Shown: one piece after another, positions 19,891 through 30,076 of the stretch | Layout: each line of letters opens with the position of its first letter | How positions within the stretch are numbered: the stretch's first letter is position 1 | IMG/VR virus record: IMGVR_UViG_3300003873_000004 | Span: 31,269 to 95,268 of that record | Reading direction: 5' to 3' (one strand) | DNA: 64,000 bases | From: a virus | The notes under the pieces: model-generated | Told to the model about the DNA's origin: nothing | Seen by the model: only the letters and a program-made list of their open reading frames with translations | Databases searched by the model: none | Translations under genes and position numbers: made by a program

Positions 19891-20786
19891 GCAAAGAACA
19901 AGAGATTTTAGTGTTCGAAACATTCTATTCGTGTCAGGGGGAATCGCTACGAGTAGGAGTACCGTCGATTTTCATTAGAGTGTTTGGCTGTTCTGCCTCT
20001 TGTCCTGGATTTGGTCAGCCAAAAGGGAAACTAATTCCAATCGAAGAAATGCCGCACAATACTTTCGATGCCTCTAAGATCACTAGAGTTGATCAATTAC
20101 CTGTTTCGAATATTGGATGTGATTCGGCGGCAGCATGGTCGAAGAAATATCGACACTTGGCTAAGAAATATACAGTAGATTCACTGATAGAACATATCGA
20201 ATCACTTGTTCCTAAATATGCGTACGAACGTCCAGATATTGTTATTACTGGTGGGGAACCGCTTCTACCAAAATTTCAGAAGTTCTGGGTAGAGTTTCTG
20301 AAAAAAACTCCAAATTTTTCTGAGATTACGTTTGAAACCAACGGCACGCAAAGGCTATCTACAGATTTGTTCGAAGCTATTACCAACGGAAATATCAGAT
20401 TCACGTTTTCGGTTTCACCAAAGCTGGAAATTAGTGGAGAACCACAGAGCAAGATGTTGAAACCAGAAGCAGTCACATCATACAGGATGCTATATGCTTT
20501 TGATTGGTCTGAAACTGGACATAATGTTTATCTAAAATTCGTAATTCGAGATAACGATGATGTGGAAGAAGTTTATCATTTTATCAACGAATACCAGAAA
20601 GATTACAAGGAAGAATTGTCACTCAAAACATGTGAGAAGCCTACCGTTTATCTCATGCCAGAAGGCGCCACAATAGAAGGGCTAAAGTTGACAGAAACAC
20701 AGGTGGCCAATATCGCGCTCGAAAATGGTTTCCGATATAGCCCAAGACTTCACTGCTCTTTGTTTGGCAATTCATGGGGCACGTAG
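19887..20786 (+). CDS. queE: 7-carboxy-7-deazaguanine synthase (radical SAM)
   Basis: FYSCQGE...FIR..GC...C...GCDS, TGGEP, ETNG, SPK, RLH. Confidence 0.92.
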   Translation: MSKEQEILVFETFYSCQGESLRVGVPSIFIRVFGCSASCPGFGQPKGKLIPIEEMPHNTFDASKITRVDQLPVSNIGCDSAAAWSKKYRHLAKKYTVDSLIEHIESLVPKYAYERPDIVITGGEPLLPKFQKFWVEFLKKTPNFSEITFETNGTQRLSTDLFEAITNGNIRFTFSVSPKLEISGEPQSKMLKPEAVTSYRMLYAFDWSETGHNVYLKFVIRDNDDVEEVYHFINEYQKDYKEELSLKTCEKPTVYLMPEGATIEGLKLTETQVANIALENGFRYSPRLHCSLFGNSWGT

Positions 20787-20939
20787 AGACATTTTACTCT
20801 TGATTTGATACCAGTATATCAAAAAGAAATTCAAATCGTTTCTAGACACACTCTAGGGGCTAGAAACACATTAAATAAAGTTCTTGACAAGTACAGATTA
20901 AGAGTGTAGCATCAATAGATCAAATTCGAGAGGTAATCC

Positions 20940-21566
20940 ATGCTCAAAGCCAATTCAAATATAGTAAAATATATGGAAGAAAACGGAATCACAAAACAAG
21001 CAATTCGGGATAATGTTGAGAAAGCATATCAGGGGGTCTTAGATGCCCTGCTGATCGACACTGAACATGATCACAATACGCGGGAAACCGCGCATCGAGT
21101 AGCTAAAATGATGGTGAATGAAATATACAAGGGCAGATATGAAGAAATGCCGAAAGTAACTTCTTTTCCAAACGACAAACATTATGATGGGTTGTATTCA
21201 GTTGGCCCTATCGAAGTTCGTGCCACCTGCGCTCACCATTCGATGCCGATTGTTGGCAATGCTTGGGTTGCTGTACTTCCGGGCAAGAGAGTTATTGGAT
21301 TATCAAAGTTTTCTCGAATAATTGATTGGCTTTCTTCCCGCCCGACAATTCAAGAAGAACTTTGTGAACAGGTAGCAGACACACTGGTAGAAGTGACCGA
21401 AGCAAAGGGGATTTATGTTGTTATCAAAGCATCTCATGGATGCTGTACCCAACGTGGTATCAAAGCATCGAATTCAAATATGACAACCGCAGTGATTCGT
21501 GGAGAATTTCGGGGCAACTCTGATTTGAAGCGCGAAGCTCTAGAACTGTTTGACGAGTTCAAATAA
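20940..21566 (+). CDS. folE: GTP cyclohydrolase I
   Basis: CAHH, GLSK..R, QE, HGC..RG. Confidence 0.95.
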   Translation: MLKANSNIVKYMEENGITKQAIRDNVEKAYQGVLDALLIDTEHDHNTRETAHRVAKMMVNEIYKGRYEEMPKVTSFPNDKHYDGLYSVGPIEVRATCAHHSMPIVGNAWVAVLPGKRVIGLSKFSRIIDWLSSRPTIQEELCEQVADTLVEVTEAKGIYVVIKASHGCCTQRGIKASNSNMTTAVIRGEFRGNSDLKREALELFDEFK

Positions 21567-21618
21567 TAGCTTGACAAGAGCATCGAAATAGTTTAGAATC
21601 ACCAATAAGGAGATTAAA

Positions 21619-21969
21619 ATGAGTTTATATACTGAAATTTTTGTGACATTTTCGTTCGAAGGGGAACATTGCTATCCAGACGCCCCAGACGAAGTGTCAT
21701 ATTTGAGGAATGTTCATCGTCATCTGTTCAATGTTCGAGTTGACATTGATGTGGAGCATGACGAACGCGAGATTGAGTTTCACATGTTCAAACATGAACT
21801 ACAATCTAGGTTTCGATCATATGAAGATTGCTCTAACAAATCTTGCGAGACGATGGCGCGTGAACTGGCTGGATACTTGCTTGCCAATTATCACGGTCGA
21901 GATTTCTCTGTGACTGTAGACGAAGATGGCGAGAACGGCGCCATCGTAACTCATATTAAGGACTTTTGA
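21619..21969 (+). CDS. QueD-like T-fold protein, DpdL-like
   Basis: LRNVHRHLF = LxxxHRHxF; REIEF; SCE; EDGENGA. Confidence 0.7.
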   Translation: MSLYTEIFVTFSFEGEHCYPDAPDEVSYLRNVHRHLFNVRVDIDVEHDEREIEFHMFKHELQSRFRSYEDCSNKSCETMARELAGYLLANYHGRDFSVTVDEDGENGAIVTHIKDF

Positions 21970-23018
21970 TGAGAAATTTATTTATCTTACCAATCGAACC
22001 AATCGAGAACCGTTACCCTGCAGACTGGTATCGATATGTTCCAAACCAGTTTCGAGATTATATTGCTGAAAATGGTCTAGACTTCGTGGTTCATCAGATC
22101 GATGGAATCTTTTCTGCTTCTAATTCGGGGAATACAAATTTTCTAAACTTTGTCGATTCTCATGGATATAAAACATCTCAGATGTTTGCTGTATCTGAGC
22201 TGATTCAGAAGGGCGAGGTTCACGATGGTGATGTGTTCCTTCTAACGGACGGCTGGAATCCTTGCGTCAACAATCTGAAAACGATGCTTGAAATGTCTAA
22301 TATCGACGCTCGAATTGTTGGTGTGTTTCATGCGGGCGGCTGGGACTCGGCAGATATTATTCCAAATACAGTCAAAAATAAAGATTGGTTGTATGAATCA
22401 GAACTTGGAATGTTCTCCGCATACGATGACATTATTGTGGCGACAAAGTTTCATGCCGATCTGATTATAGAATATAGTAACATTGAAGTTTACCCTATCA
22501 CCGTTTGCCCTTTCCCGATGGAATATATGAAGGACACATTGAAGAAATATGTCATCCCAGATTCAAAAAAACGAGATATTGTGGTGTTTCCTCATAGAAA
22601 TTCACCAGAGAAGCAGCCAGATTTGGCAGACGAAATCGGCAAGCGTTTGAAACTGCTAGGAATAACGTACATCAATTGCCGCGATTACAATTTCACTAAA
22701 GATGAATATTATCAACTACTGGCACAATCAAAGGTGTGTTTTTCTGTATCGTTACAAGAAACTCTTGGCATTGCACAATTTGAAGCCGCTCTGCTCGGAG
22801 CCATGCCATTAGTGCCGAATCGTTTATCCTACACAGAAATGTACCATGATGCGTTTAAGTATGTCAACGATAACGATATTGTTCAGCGAATAGTCGATAT
22901 GTTGGAATTTCCTAAGCACAAACAGGATGCTTATATCCATAATGTTGATTATGTTGGAAACAATTTTTTTGACGGCAACAATGGATTTTATCAAACGGTC
23001 TTGGGAGAACAACGATAA
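21966..23018 (+). CDS. GT-B glycosyltransferase
   Basis: FPHR..PEKQP and SLQETLGIAQFEA (ExxGxxxxEA). Confidence 0.82.
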   Translation: MMRNLFILPIEPIENRYPADWYRYVPNQFRDYIAENGLDFVVHQIDGIFSASNSGNTNFLNFVDSHGYKTSQMFAVSELIQKGEVHDGDVFLLTDGWNPCVNNLKTMLEMSNIDARIVGVFHAGGWDSADIIPNTVKNKDWLYESELGMFSAYDDIIVATKFHADLIIEYSNIEVYPITVCPFPMEYMKDTLKKYVIPDSKKRDIVVFPHRNSPEKQPDLADEIGKRLKLLGITYINCRDYNFTKDEYYQLLAQSKVCFSVSLQETLGIAQFEAALLGAMPLVPNRLSYTEMYHDAFKYVNDNDIVQRIVDMLEFPKHKQDAYIHNVDYVGNNFFDGNNGFYQTVLGEQR

Positions 23019-24191
23019 ATGAAAAGAAAATCAATATATTTTGCCTCTCTGAGTTGTGCAACTTCGAGTTATCTAAAGAAAACAGATGAAGAATTTCGAG
23101 CGATGGATCCTGCGCTATGGGAAGTTTCCCCGAGATTTGTCAACAAGAATGATACGTTTTATCACAAAGACGCTCTATTTTCTGCCTCACTTCACCAGAA
23201 ACTTTATCCAGACTTGCGTAAACAACTTCATTTAGATGACGATGTTAATATTTTTGTCGATAGTGGTGGATACTCTTTGGTTGCTGGTACGATTACAGAG
23301 AAGACTTGGAATAACGAAACTGCGCTAGCTTATTCAGAACGCAATGGTAATATCTTTCCTATCTTAGATAGACCAGTGAGTAACGCGGTAACACCAGCAG
23401 ATATCCAAGCATGTCTCGACAAGACCATGATCGCTGCGAAATATTATGAAGAACATAGAACGAAAGATTCTTGTGACATTCTCAATGTGTTGTCTGCTCG
23501 GACTTCACATGACATGGAACATTGGTATAATTCAATGAAGGAATTTTCTTTCGAAGGATGGGCACATGGTGGTCATAGTGGTAATCTGAAAGTTGCCCTC
23601 AAAGGTATATTGTTTCTTCTAGCGAAAGGGGAATACGACAAAGATCGAATTAAATTTCATCATGTTTTTGGAATATCTGGAATGGCCGCGATTGTTTACT
23701 TTGCTTTGGTTCAGCAATTGCTCAATAAAATGGGCGTAGATATCCAGCTAACCTTCGACAGTTCTTATTTCCAGAGACAGATGGGATTTGGGGCAGTGTT
23801 TATCAACCCAAAATGGACAGGCATGGGAATCTTACCATATTCTAATAAGAACGATTATTCGCATATGGATGACGTGCCAATGGTCTGTGACTGTGCCATC
23901 TGTAAGACTGTGCCATCTGTCAAGAAGTTCCTAGAGTCATCAATGACATTTTACATGAAAGGTTTGACTCATAATTTGTTGATGATGGATCGAATCAAAC
24001 ATCAAGCAGAATCAATTTTCGATACAGAAATATTAGAACAGCAGAAAACTGTATTCGGAGCAGAAATATACAATAATACACAACTTCTTCGTAAAGCGTT
24101 CGCAAACCCAAAAGCTGGCATGGAATATATTGATCGAATGTCGTTGAAAGACTTGGGCAACTCCCCTGTCAGTTTAGAAAATTTGTTTTAG
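23019..24191 (+). CDS. TGT-family transglycosylase, DpdA-like
   Basis: FVDSGGY, ILD.P, GWA.GG, H.FG, TFDSS, CDCAIC...H zinc site. Confidence 0.82.
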   Translation: MKRKSIYFASLSCATSSYLKKTDEEFRAMDPALWEVSPRFVNKNDTFYHKDALFSASLHQKLYPDLRKQLHLDDDVNIFVDSGGYSLVAGTITEKTWNNETALAYSERNGNIFPILDRPVSNAVTPADIQACLDKTMIAAKYYEEHRTKDSCDILNVLSARTSHDMEHWYNSMKEFSFEGWAHGGHSGNLKVALKGILFLLAKGEYDKDRIKFHHVFGISGMAAIVYFALVQQLLNKMGVDIQLTFDSSYFQRQMGFGAVFINPKWTGMGILPYSNKNDYSHMDDVPMVCDCAICKTVPSVKKFLESSMTFYMKGLTHNLLMMDRIKHQAESIFDTEILEQQKTVFGAEIYNNTQLLRKAFANPKAGMEYIDRMSLKDLGNSPVSLENLF

Positions 24192-24229
24192 TGCTTGACA
24201 AGACCAGCAAAAGGGTTTAGACTTGGCTT

Positions 24230-24412
24230 ATGAAGAAAAAGATGACTGAAAAAGTTTTGCGTGATTTGTTTCAAGAGCAAATTGACAGGATAGATTCAAA
24301 GATGGAGGATCTTCAAGATATTCTCTACGATTTAGACAGCATAAAAGATGGTCTTAGAGATACACTTGGTAGAATAATTTATGAAAATTTTGAGGAGAAT
24401 GAAAATGTATAG
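24230..24412 (+). CDS. small coiled-coil protein
   Basis: ATG 6 nt after TAGACT -10. Confidence 0.6.
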   Translation: MKKKMTEKVLRDLFQEQIDRIDSKMEDLQDILYDLDSIKDGLRDTLGRIIYENFEENENV

Positions 24413-24740
24413 TTGTCCAGTAGAAGATTATACTCCAGATGCTTGGAAAATTATGAAAATATCAGGCGACAACGGGCCCGCATATAAAGTTTTGTCTGGA
24501 TGGAATAGCGGTTATTTGACCACTGATGGCTGGCGTCTTAATAGTGGTATAGAAAAGGTCGAAGAATCCGGCGAGTTTTATTATATCACTGGCAGAAGTG
24601 GGTCTATCATAAAGGCTAACAAGAAAGCGGAAGGCTTTATTTCGGCTAATCGAAGTATTTTTGATAAGCTAAAAGAGCAGGAAACAGAATCTCTGAAAAT
24701 TGAAACAATTGATATGAAAGATTATTTGAATCAATCCTAA
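24405..24740 (+). CDS. conserved phage hypothetical protein
   Basis: YKVLSGW..GY...WRLNSGI pattern. Confidence 0.7.
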   Translation: MYSCPVEDYTPDAWKIMKISGDNGPAYKVLSGWNSGYLTTDGWRLNSGIEKVEESGEFYYITGRSGSIIKANKKAEGFISANRSIFDKLKEQETESLKIETIDMKDYLNQS

Positions 24741-24836
24741 GCCACTTTACTCTTGATTTGATAGCAGTATATCAAAAAGAAATTCAAATCGTTTCTAGAC
24801 ACTCTCTAGGGGCTAGAATATCAGTAAAGAAAGTTC

Positions 24837-25832
24837 TTGACAAGTACAGGACGGGAGTGTATCGTATTGACAAAATTACAACCATTTAGTAGCGCGATTG
24901 CGGAGATACAATTTGGCAGTCATCTCTACAAATTAAACACAGAAAACTCTGATCGAGATTATGCTGGAATTTATCTTCCTACGATCGATGATATTTTACT
25001 CGAAAATGTAACAACGGTTATCGACATAAGTGACAATAAGAAAACAAAGAACGGCCCAGAAGATATTGATCGAAAGTTTTATTCGCTTCGAAAGTTTATG
25101 TCACTGGCAGCAAAAGGCGATACCAATGTGATGGACATGCTTCATTGCTCGGATTCGGATATTCTAACCACATCTGATATTTTTGACACACTTCGAGCAA
25201 ATCGTTCAAAATGTTATACGAAAAACTGCTCGTCGATGGTTGGATATGTGAAAGCACAAGCCAATAAGTATGGCGTAAAGGGTTCCAGATTATCAGCAGT
25301 AAACAAAGCCTTGAAAATGTGCGAGGCAATACGCGACAAATCACAGACCCTTTCTGACTACTGGGATTTTATTCCTGTATCAGAATTTTCTAAGTTGATC
25401 AGCACAGATACAGAAAACTCGGGCGTTCAAAGATTCTATGAAGTATGTGGTAGAAAATATCAGGATTGTTTGACGTTTGAAGAGTTTGAAGAAAATATGA
25501 CTGCTTTGAAATCGAAATATGGAAGTCGGGCGGAGAAAGCAGAATCTAATGATGGTGTAGATTTCAAAGCGATTTCACATGCTCTACGCGTAGGATATCA
25601 GACACAGGACATATTAACCAAAGGAACATATGGTTTCCCTCTTGATCAAACAGAATATATCAAAAAAGTAAAAGCAGGTGAAGTAAACATTGGCGATGTT
25701 CGACAAGTCTTAGAAGATTTGGTGAAAAATATCAAAGTACAGATTGAGGAATCAGATTTGCCAGAAGAACCAGACACAAAGTTCTGGGACGATTTGTATT
25801 TGAAAATTTGTAGAGATCATTACTCAATATGA
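24837..25832 (+). CDS. Pol-beta-type nucleotidyltransferase (NrdC.11-like); start uncertain
   Basis: FGSHLY..NTENSDRD; K..SHALR. Confidence 0.85.
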   Translation: MTSTGRECIVLTKLQPFSSAIAEIQFGSHLYKLNTENSDRDYAGIYLPTIDDILLENVTTVIDISDNKKTKNGPEDIDRKFYSLRKFMSLAAKGDTNVMDMLHCSDSDILTTSDIFDTLRANRSKCYTKNCSSMVGYVKAQANKYGVKGSRLSAVNKALKMCEAIRDKSQTLSDYWDFIPVSEFSKLISTDTENSGVQRFYEVCGRKYQDCLTFEEFEENMTALKSKYGSRAEKAESNDGVDFKAISHALRVGYQTQDILTKGTYGFPLDQTEYIKKVKAGEVNIGDVRQVLEDLVKNIKVQIEESDLPEEPDTKFWDDLYLKICRDHYSI

Positions 25833-26095
25833 ACCAATCTAAATTAGAATCTTTCATCGAGTCAATGATGAACACGCTGTCTGGATTTGTAATATCTTGG
25901 ATGGCATGGGCGTTCGTTGTGGCTCCTCTATTTGGCTTACCTGTTGATATGACACAATCGTTCTGGATTACTGTTGTTTTCACTTTCATTTCTCTTGGTC
26001 GAAATTATATGGTTCGTCGAATATTTGTTGGTGGATTTCATCAGAAAGCAATCGAGTTGGCTAAAAGATTAAAGCCGATATTGGCGAGGTACTAA
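25829..26095 (+). CDS. small membrane protein
   Basis: QSKLES..ES..N..G, two hydrophobic helices, R.Y..RR.F. Confidence 0.75.
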   Translation: MNQSKLESFIESMMNTLSGFVISWMAWAFVVAPLFGLPVDMTQSFWITVVFTFISLGRNYMVRRIFVGGFHQKAIELAKRLKPILARY

Positions 26096-26096
26096 A

Positions 26097-26433
26097 ATGC
26101 GCACATTAGACATAGAAAGACTACACAAAGTTCATTTTAATGTACTTAACGGGAAATTGTATCGCGGACAAGGAACAACAACATATCAGTTGGTTTGCCT
26201 TGCTCAAAGTTTAGAATTTGTAGATATGTTTCGTTATAAAAGATCACAATTCTACACTATATTTAATTCCGATGCTGTTTGATATTCTCAAACTATTCGG
26301 ATACGTTCGCTTTCGAAAAACATATGCCGATGAAGTGATAATCAACGATACAAAAAGAATTCGTTTTATTCCTGTGTGTCAACCAAACAGATTACGTGGT
26401 CTAAAGACAGAAATAATTGAAGAACTAAGATAA
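26097..26433 (+). pseudogene. frameshifted hypothetical gene
   Basis: ORF stops at 26282 but another frame continues ...FDILKLFGYV...NRLRGLKTEIIEELR* to 26433. Confidence 0.55.
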
Positions 26434-26500
26434 TTCTTGACAAGAGCAAAGAAATAGTTTAGACTTATTGTATTGAAAGAGGAATAGAGAGGAAATAATA

Positions 26501-26824
26501 ATGTTCAGCATGTTATACATTGATGATATTCGGATGCCAAAAGAGTTTGGATATGATATTGTTCGAACCAGTCGCGCCGCCGTTACATACATGAAACGAG
26601 AAGGCTGCCCGCGCTACATTTCTTTCGATCATGATTTGGGGGGTGAAGACAATTCTATGATCATTGTTCGCTGGATGGTTGAAACAGACATGGAGAAAGA
26701 TGGGAAGTTCATTCCAGAGAATTTTGAGTGGTTTGTTCATTCTGCCAATCCAGTTGGCGTAGAAAATATCAATGGTTTGCTGAAAGGCTATCTCACATTT
26801 AGAAACGAATCGGAGAACGAATGA
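26501..26824 (+). CDS. cyclic-phosphate-processing receiver-domain protein
   Basis: LYIDDIR...ISFDHDLG...HSANPVG. Confidence 0.8.
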   Translation: MFSMLYIDDIRMPKEFGYDIVRTSRAAVTYMKREGCPRYISFDHDLGGEDNSMIIVRWMVETDMEKDGKFIPENFEWFVHSANPVGVENINGLLKGYLTFRNESENE

Positions 26825-27420
26825 GAATTATTGGACTTGCCGGGAAGGCGAGAAGCGGCAAAGACACTGTCGCCGGTATGATTCAAGACACATTAGAGCT
26901 AGATTTCCAGGAACTTGCCGTAAAATATGCTCTAGCTGGCCCATTGAAAGAAGCAGCAGCAAAAATGTTTGGAATTCATCTAGACGATTTCTACAACGAT
27001 AATAAAGAAACACCAAACGATTTCTGGGGCATCTCCCCTAGAGAAATTGCTCAGAAATTCGGGACGGAATGTGCTCGCGAAGTATTTCGAGAGGATTTCT
27101 GGTTGAAGCGTATGGAAATGGAAATGACGAGCACAAATTGCGACGTGTTCGTTATCACAGATATTCGATTTCGAAATGAAGCTGATTGGGTACGATCACA
27201 TGGCGGGGAAATTTGGCATGTTGTCCGACCTTCTATTGGTGATGGTGTTGTTCGAGATCACGCATCAGAAGCGGGAATTGAATTTGTTGAAGGTGACGTT
27301 TCTATTTCAAATGACGGTTCATTGCCGCAGCTAGAAAAACGTGTCCTGACCTTTTTAGATAATATCTTGACAAAAACTAAGATTTCTGATAGTCTCAGCG
27401 TAGAGAAGGAGAACAAATGA
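26821..27420 (+). CDS. 1: dNMP kinase (gp1-like)
   Basis: GKARSGKDT, PRE..Q..GTE, TDIRF.NE, H.SE. Confidence 0.9.
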   Translation: MRIIGLAGKARSGKDTVAGMIQDTLELDFQELAVKYALAGPLKEAAAKMFGIHLDDFYNDNKETPNDFWGISPREIAQKFGTECAREVFREDFWLKRMEMEMTSTNCDVFVITDIRFRNEADWVRSHGGEIWHVVRPSIGDGVVRDHASEAGIEFVEGDVSISNDGSLPQLEKRVLTFLDNILTKTKISDSLSVEKENK

Positions 27421-28949
27421 CAAAATTTTACACATCAGTTGAACCCTATGGCAATGCTTTCCGTGTCAGACAGGTAGATGATGGAATCAGATCGAACAGA
27501 ATCGTTCGTGGGTTTGTTCCAGACTTATTTCGACCAACAAACGACGAATCAGAAAAGCAAGCAATCGGAATGGACGGAAAGACTATGCTTGCCAAATTGC
27601 CTTGTTCTAACGTCAGAGAGGCCAAAGATTTGATTCAACAATACTCTGGGACGTCTTTTGATGTTTATGGCTCACCAAACATGATTTCTCAGTTCATTTC
27701 GAAAACATATCCAGGAACTATTGATTTCGACCCGTCTAACATTCGAATCTTCTACCTAGACATGGAATGTTACACTAGGAATCCAGATGGTTCGAGTGCT
27801 GGATTTCCTCACTCAAAGGATGCCAAGTTTCCGATCAATCTAATTCAGGTCATTGACAGTCAAGATGTCGAGGGTGATGTTGTTAGAATTTGGGGACTAC
27901 AGCCATTCGATGATTCAGAAAGTGACATTATCTACACAGTATGTCGAGACGAGAGCGACTTACTATGTCGATTTGTACAATTTTGGCAGAGTAACTGCCC
28001 AGACGTCATGACTGGCTGGAACGTAAAAGGATTCGATGTTCCTTACATTGTCAATCGTATTATGTCAGTGTTAGGCGAAGATGAAGCGAAGAAATTGTCT
28101 CCATGGGGCGAAGTTCGTCAGCGCAATTATACAAACGATTTTCAGCAAGAAGAACAGACGTATATTATTTCTGGGGTTGCTGTACTCGATTATCTTGAAC
28201 TCTATAAGAAATACACATACCATAATCTCGAAAATTATAAATTGGACAGTGTCGCACATTACGAATTGAAAAGTAGGAAGGTAGACTACTCAGATTTAGG
28301 CTCTCTGTTGCGTTTGTGTGACGAAGACCATGATAAATTTGTGGAATATGGAGCAACCGACTCCCGGCTGATTTTACAGTTAGAACAGAAGATGAAGTTG
28401 ATCAATTTGGTATTCGAGCTTGCTTACCATAACAAGACGAATTATGCTGATACTTTTTCTCCGGTTAGATCATGGGAAGCAATCATTTTCAATACGATGC
28501 TTGATCGAAATATGTATTCTACGGTCGAAAATACAGACAACACAGAACAATTTAGAATAGAAGGCGGTTTTGTAAAACAACCAACAACTGGTAAAATGTT
28601 AGAGTGGGTAATATCAGAAGATTTTGCTAGCCTATATCCGTCGCTTATTATGCAGTATAACATTTCGCCTGAGACATATCTAGGGCAGGATTATCTTGAC
28701 GTACCACAGTTTGAACGTGAAGACTTGATAGCGGGCAGTGTTGATTTGTCGAAGTTGACAGGAACAAATATCACAATGACACCAAACAGATCATTTTTCA
28801 ATACAGAAAACGAAGGAATATTACCCTATTTGATGGGGCTGATGTATGCGGAACGAAAATCAATCAAGCGAGAAATGTTATCTGTGGAACGGGAACGAGA
28901 GATCGTTCGAGATAAAATAAGAAGCTTATCGGATGAGACTGCCGGATAG
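27417..28949 (+). CDS. 43: DNA polymerase B N-part (43A)
   Basis: ExoI LDME, GWN..FD, motif A DFASLYPS; ends in the fingers helix. Confidence 0.93.
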   Translation: MTKFYTSVEPYGNAFRVRQVDDGIRSNRIVRGFVPDLFRPTNDESEKQAIGMDGKTMLAKLPCSNVREAKDLIQQYSGTSFDVYGSPNMISQFISKTYPGTIDFDPSNIRIFYLDMECYTRNPDGSSAGFPHSKDAKFPINLIQVIDSQDVEGDVVRIWGLQPFDDSESDIIYTVCRDESDLLCRFVQFWQSNCPDVMTGWNVKGFDVPYIVNRIMSVLGEDEAKKLSPWGEVRQRNYTNDFQQEEQTYIISGVAVLDYLELYKKYTYHNLENYKLDSVAHYELKSRKVDYSDLGSLLRLCDEDHDKFVEYGATDSRLILQLEQKMKLINLVFELAYHNKTNYADTFSPVRSWEAIIFNTMLDRNMYSTVENTDNTEQFRIEGGFVKQPTTGKMLEWVISEDFASLYPSLIMQYNISPETYLGQDYLDVPQFEREDLIAGSVDLSKLTGTNITMTPNRSFFNTENEGILPYLMGLMYAERKSIKREMLSVEREREIVRDKIRSLSDETAG

Positions 28950-29927
28950 TCCTCTATGTGTTTTCTGCCGTTTTGCAGTTAAGTCACAAATACCTTGAGA
29001 ACTAATATTCATATGAGAATACTTGTGTTTTATTTCATACGTAGTGCCAGTGAATTTATTTCCTGAGTCTATTTCGTACACCGTGTGAATTTTCTTATAT
29101 TTATCTATTTGTTGATCGTATTTTCTTGGTAGACTATCATCGTTTATCTTCATCCAGCCATCAGATTGACCATTAGGTTTTCTAAGAATATAGTATATGT
29201 TTACCTCCGGGTATTTGTCTGAGAATTCATGGTTTGTGCCATCGAAGCGTTCCTCGGTGTCTAAGTTATATAATGATATTTTCTTTGCTCCGTGGAACAA
29301 TCGTGAAGCCTCAGTGTTAGATTTTGTACTGTAAGTTGGTATGATGTTGTCGTGTGTGAGCATCCAGTCGTTTGATTTTGCTCCTTTATGTGATAGCATA
29401 TAATTCATGGAAACGTGTTCCCGTTTTCTGAACTCGTATACTGTACCGTTGAAGAATTTTTTCGTCTTAAGATTGTATGCTTGTATTACCTTTTTGTTGT
29501 TTGGTGATTCTTTCGCCCTTTCTATAATCCCTTCTGTCATTAGTCTTTTTGCCTCTACGCGCTGGCGCAAGGAACGATAGTTTCGGTTTATCTTTTGTGA
29601 ACAAATAAGCCCATAGGATAGATACATCTTTGTTTTACTTTTGCCCGTTGTTATTCTACATAGAAGGTGGTGAGCGAACAAATGCTCTCTGATGGATAGC
29701 TGCACAATATTATCTTCAGACTCGCCGGTTCCGGGAATAACTGCAAATTTAGATTGTCTAGGCGAGTCTAAGAAGAAACTTGCTGGAATGATGTGGTGTA
29801 ATTCCAGACGAGGAGCCTTGCTCGGAAACGCTTGTCTAGTCGTTATAAAATCGTCATAAATTTTAAGGTATTTGTTTTCTTTGAACGCTGCGAGATTATA
29901 CTCTCGATCATAAATAGATTTAGTCAT
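28926..29927 (-). CDS. free-standing HNH homing endonuclease (Mob-like)
   Basis: ELHHIIP...N.V.L..REH..AH.LL plus repeated C-terminal modules; TATAAATA on minus strand at 30004-30011. Confidence 0.85.
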   Translation of the reverse strand: MTKSIYDREYNLAAFKENKYLKIYDDFITTRQAFPSKAPRLELHHIIPASFFLDSPRQSKFAVIPGTGESEDNIVQLSIREHLFAHHLLCRITTGKSKTKMYLSYGLICSQKINRNYRSLRQRVEAKRLMTEGIIERAKESPNNKKVIQAYNLKTKKFFNGTVYEFRKREHVSMNYMLSHKGAKSNDWMLTHDNIIPTYSTKSNTEASRLFHGAKKISLYNLDTEERFDGTNHEFSDKYPEVNIYYILRKPNGQSDGWMKINDDSLPRKYDQQIDKYKKIHTVYEIDSGNKFTGTTYEIKHKYSHMNISSQGICDLTAKRQKTHRGLSGSLIR

Positions 29928-30076
29928 TTCAATACTCCATTATTGTTTTGATTAGAAGGCTGTTTGTGTTACTAGCACAGGCGGCCTTCGTTGTTTCTGA
30001 TAGTATTTATAAAAAGTTAAATTTTCGCTTGACAACTAATGTAAATAAATGTAGACTACACAAACATGGAGGAAAA

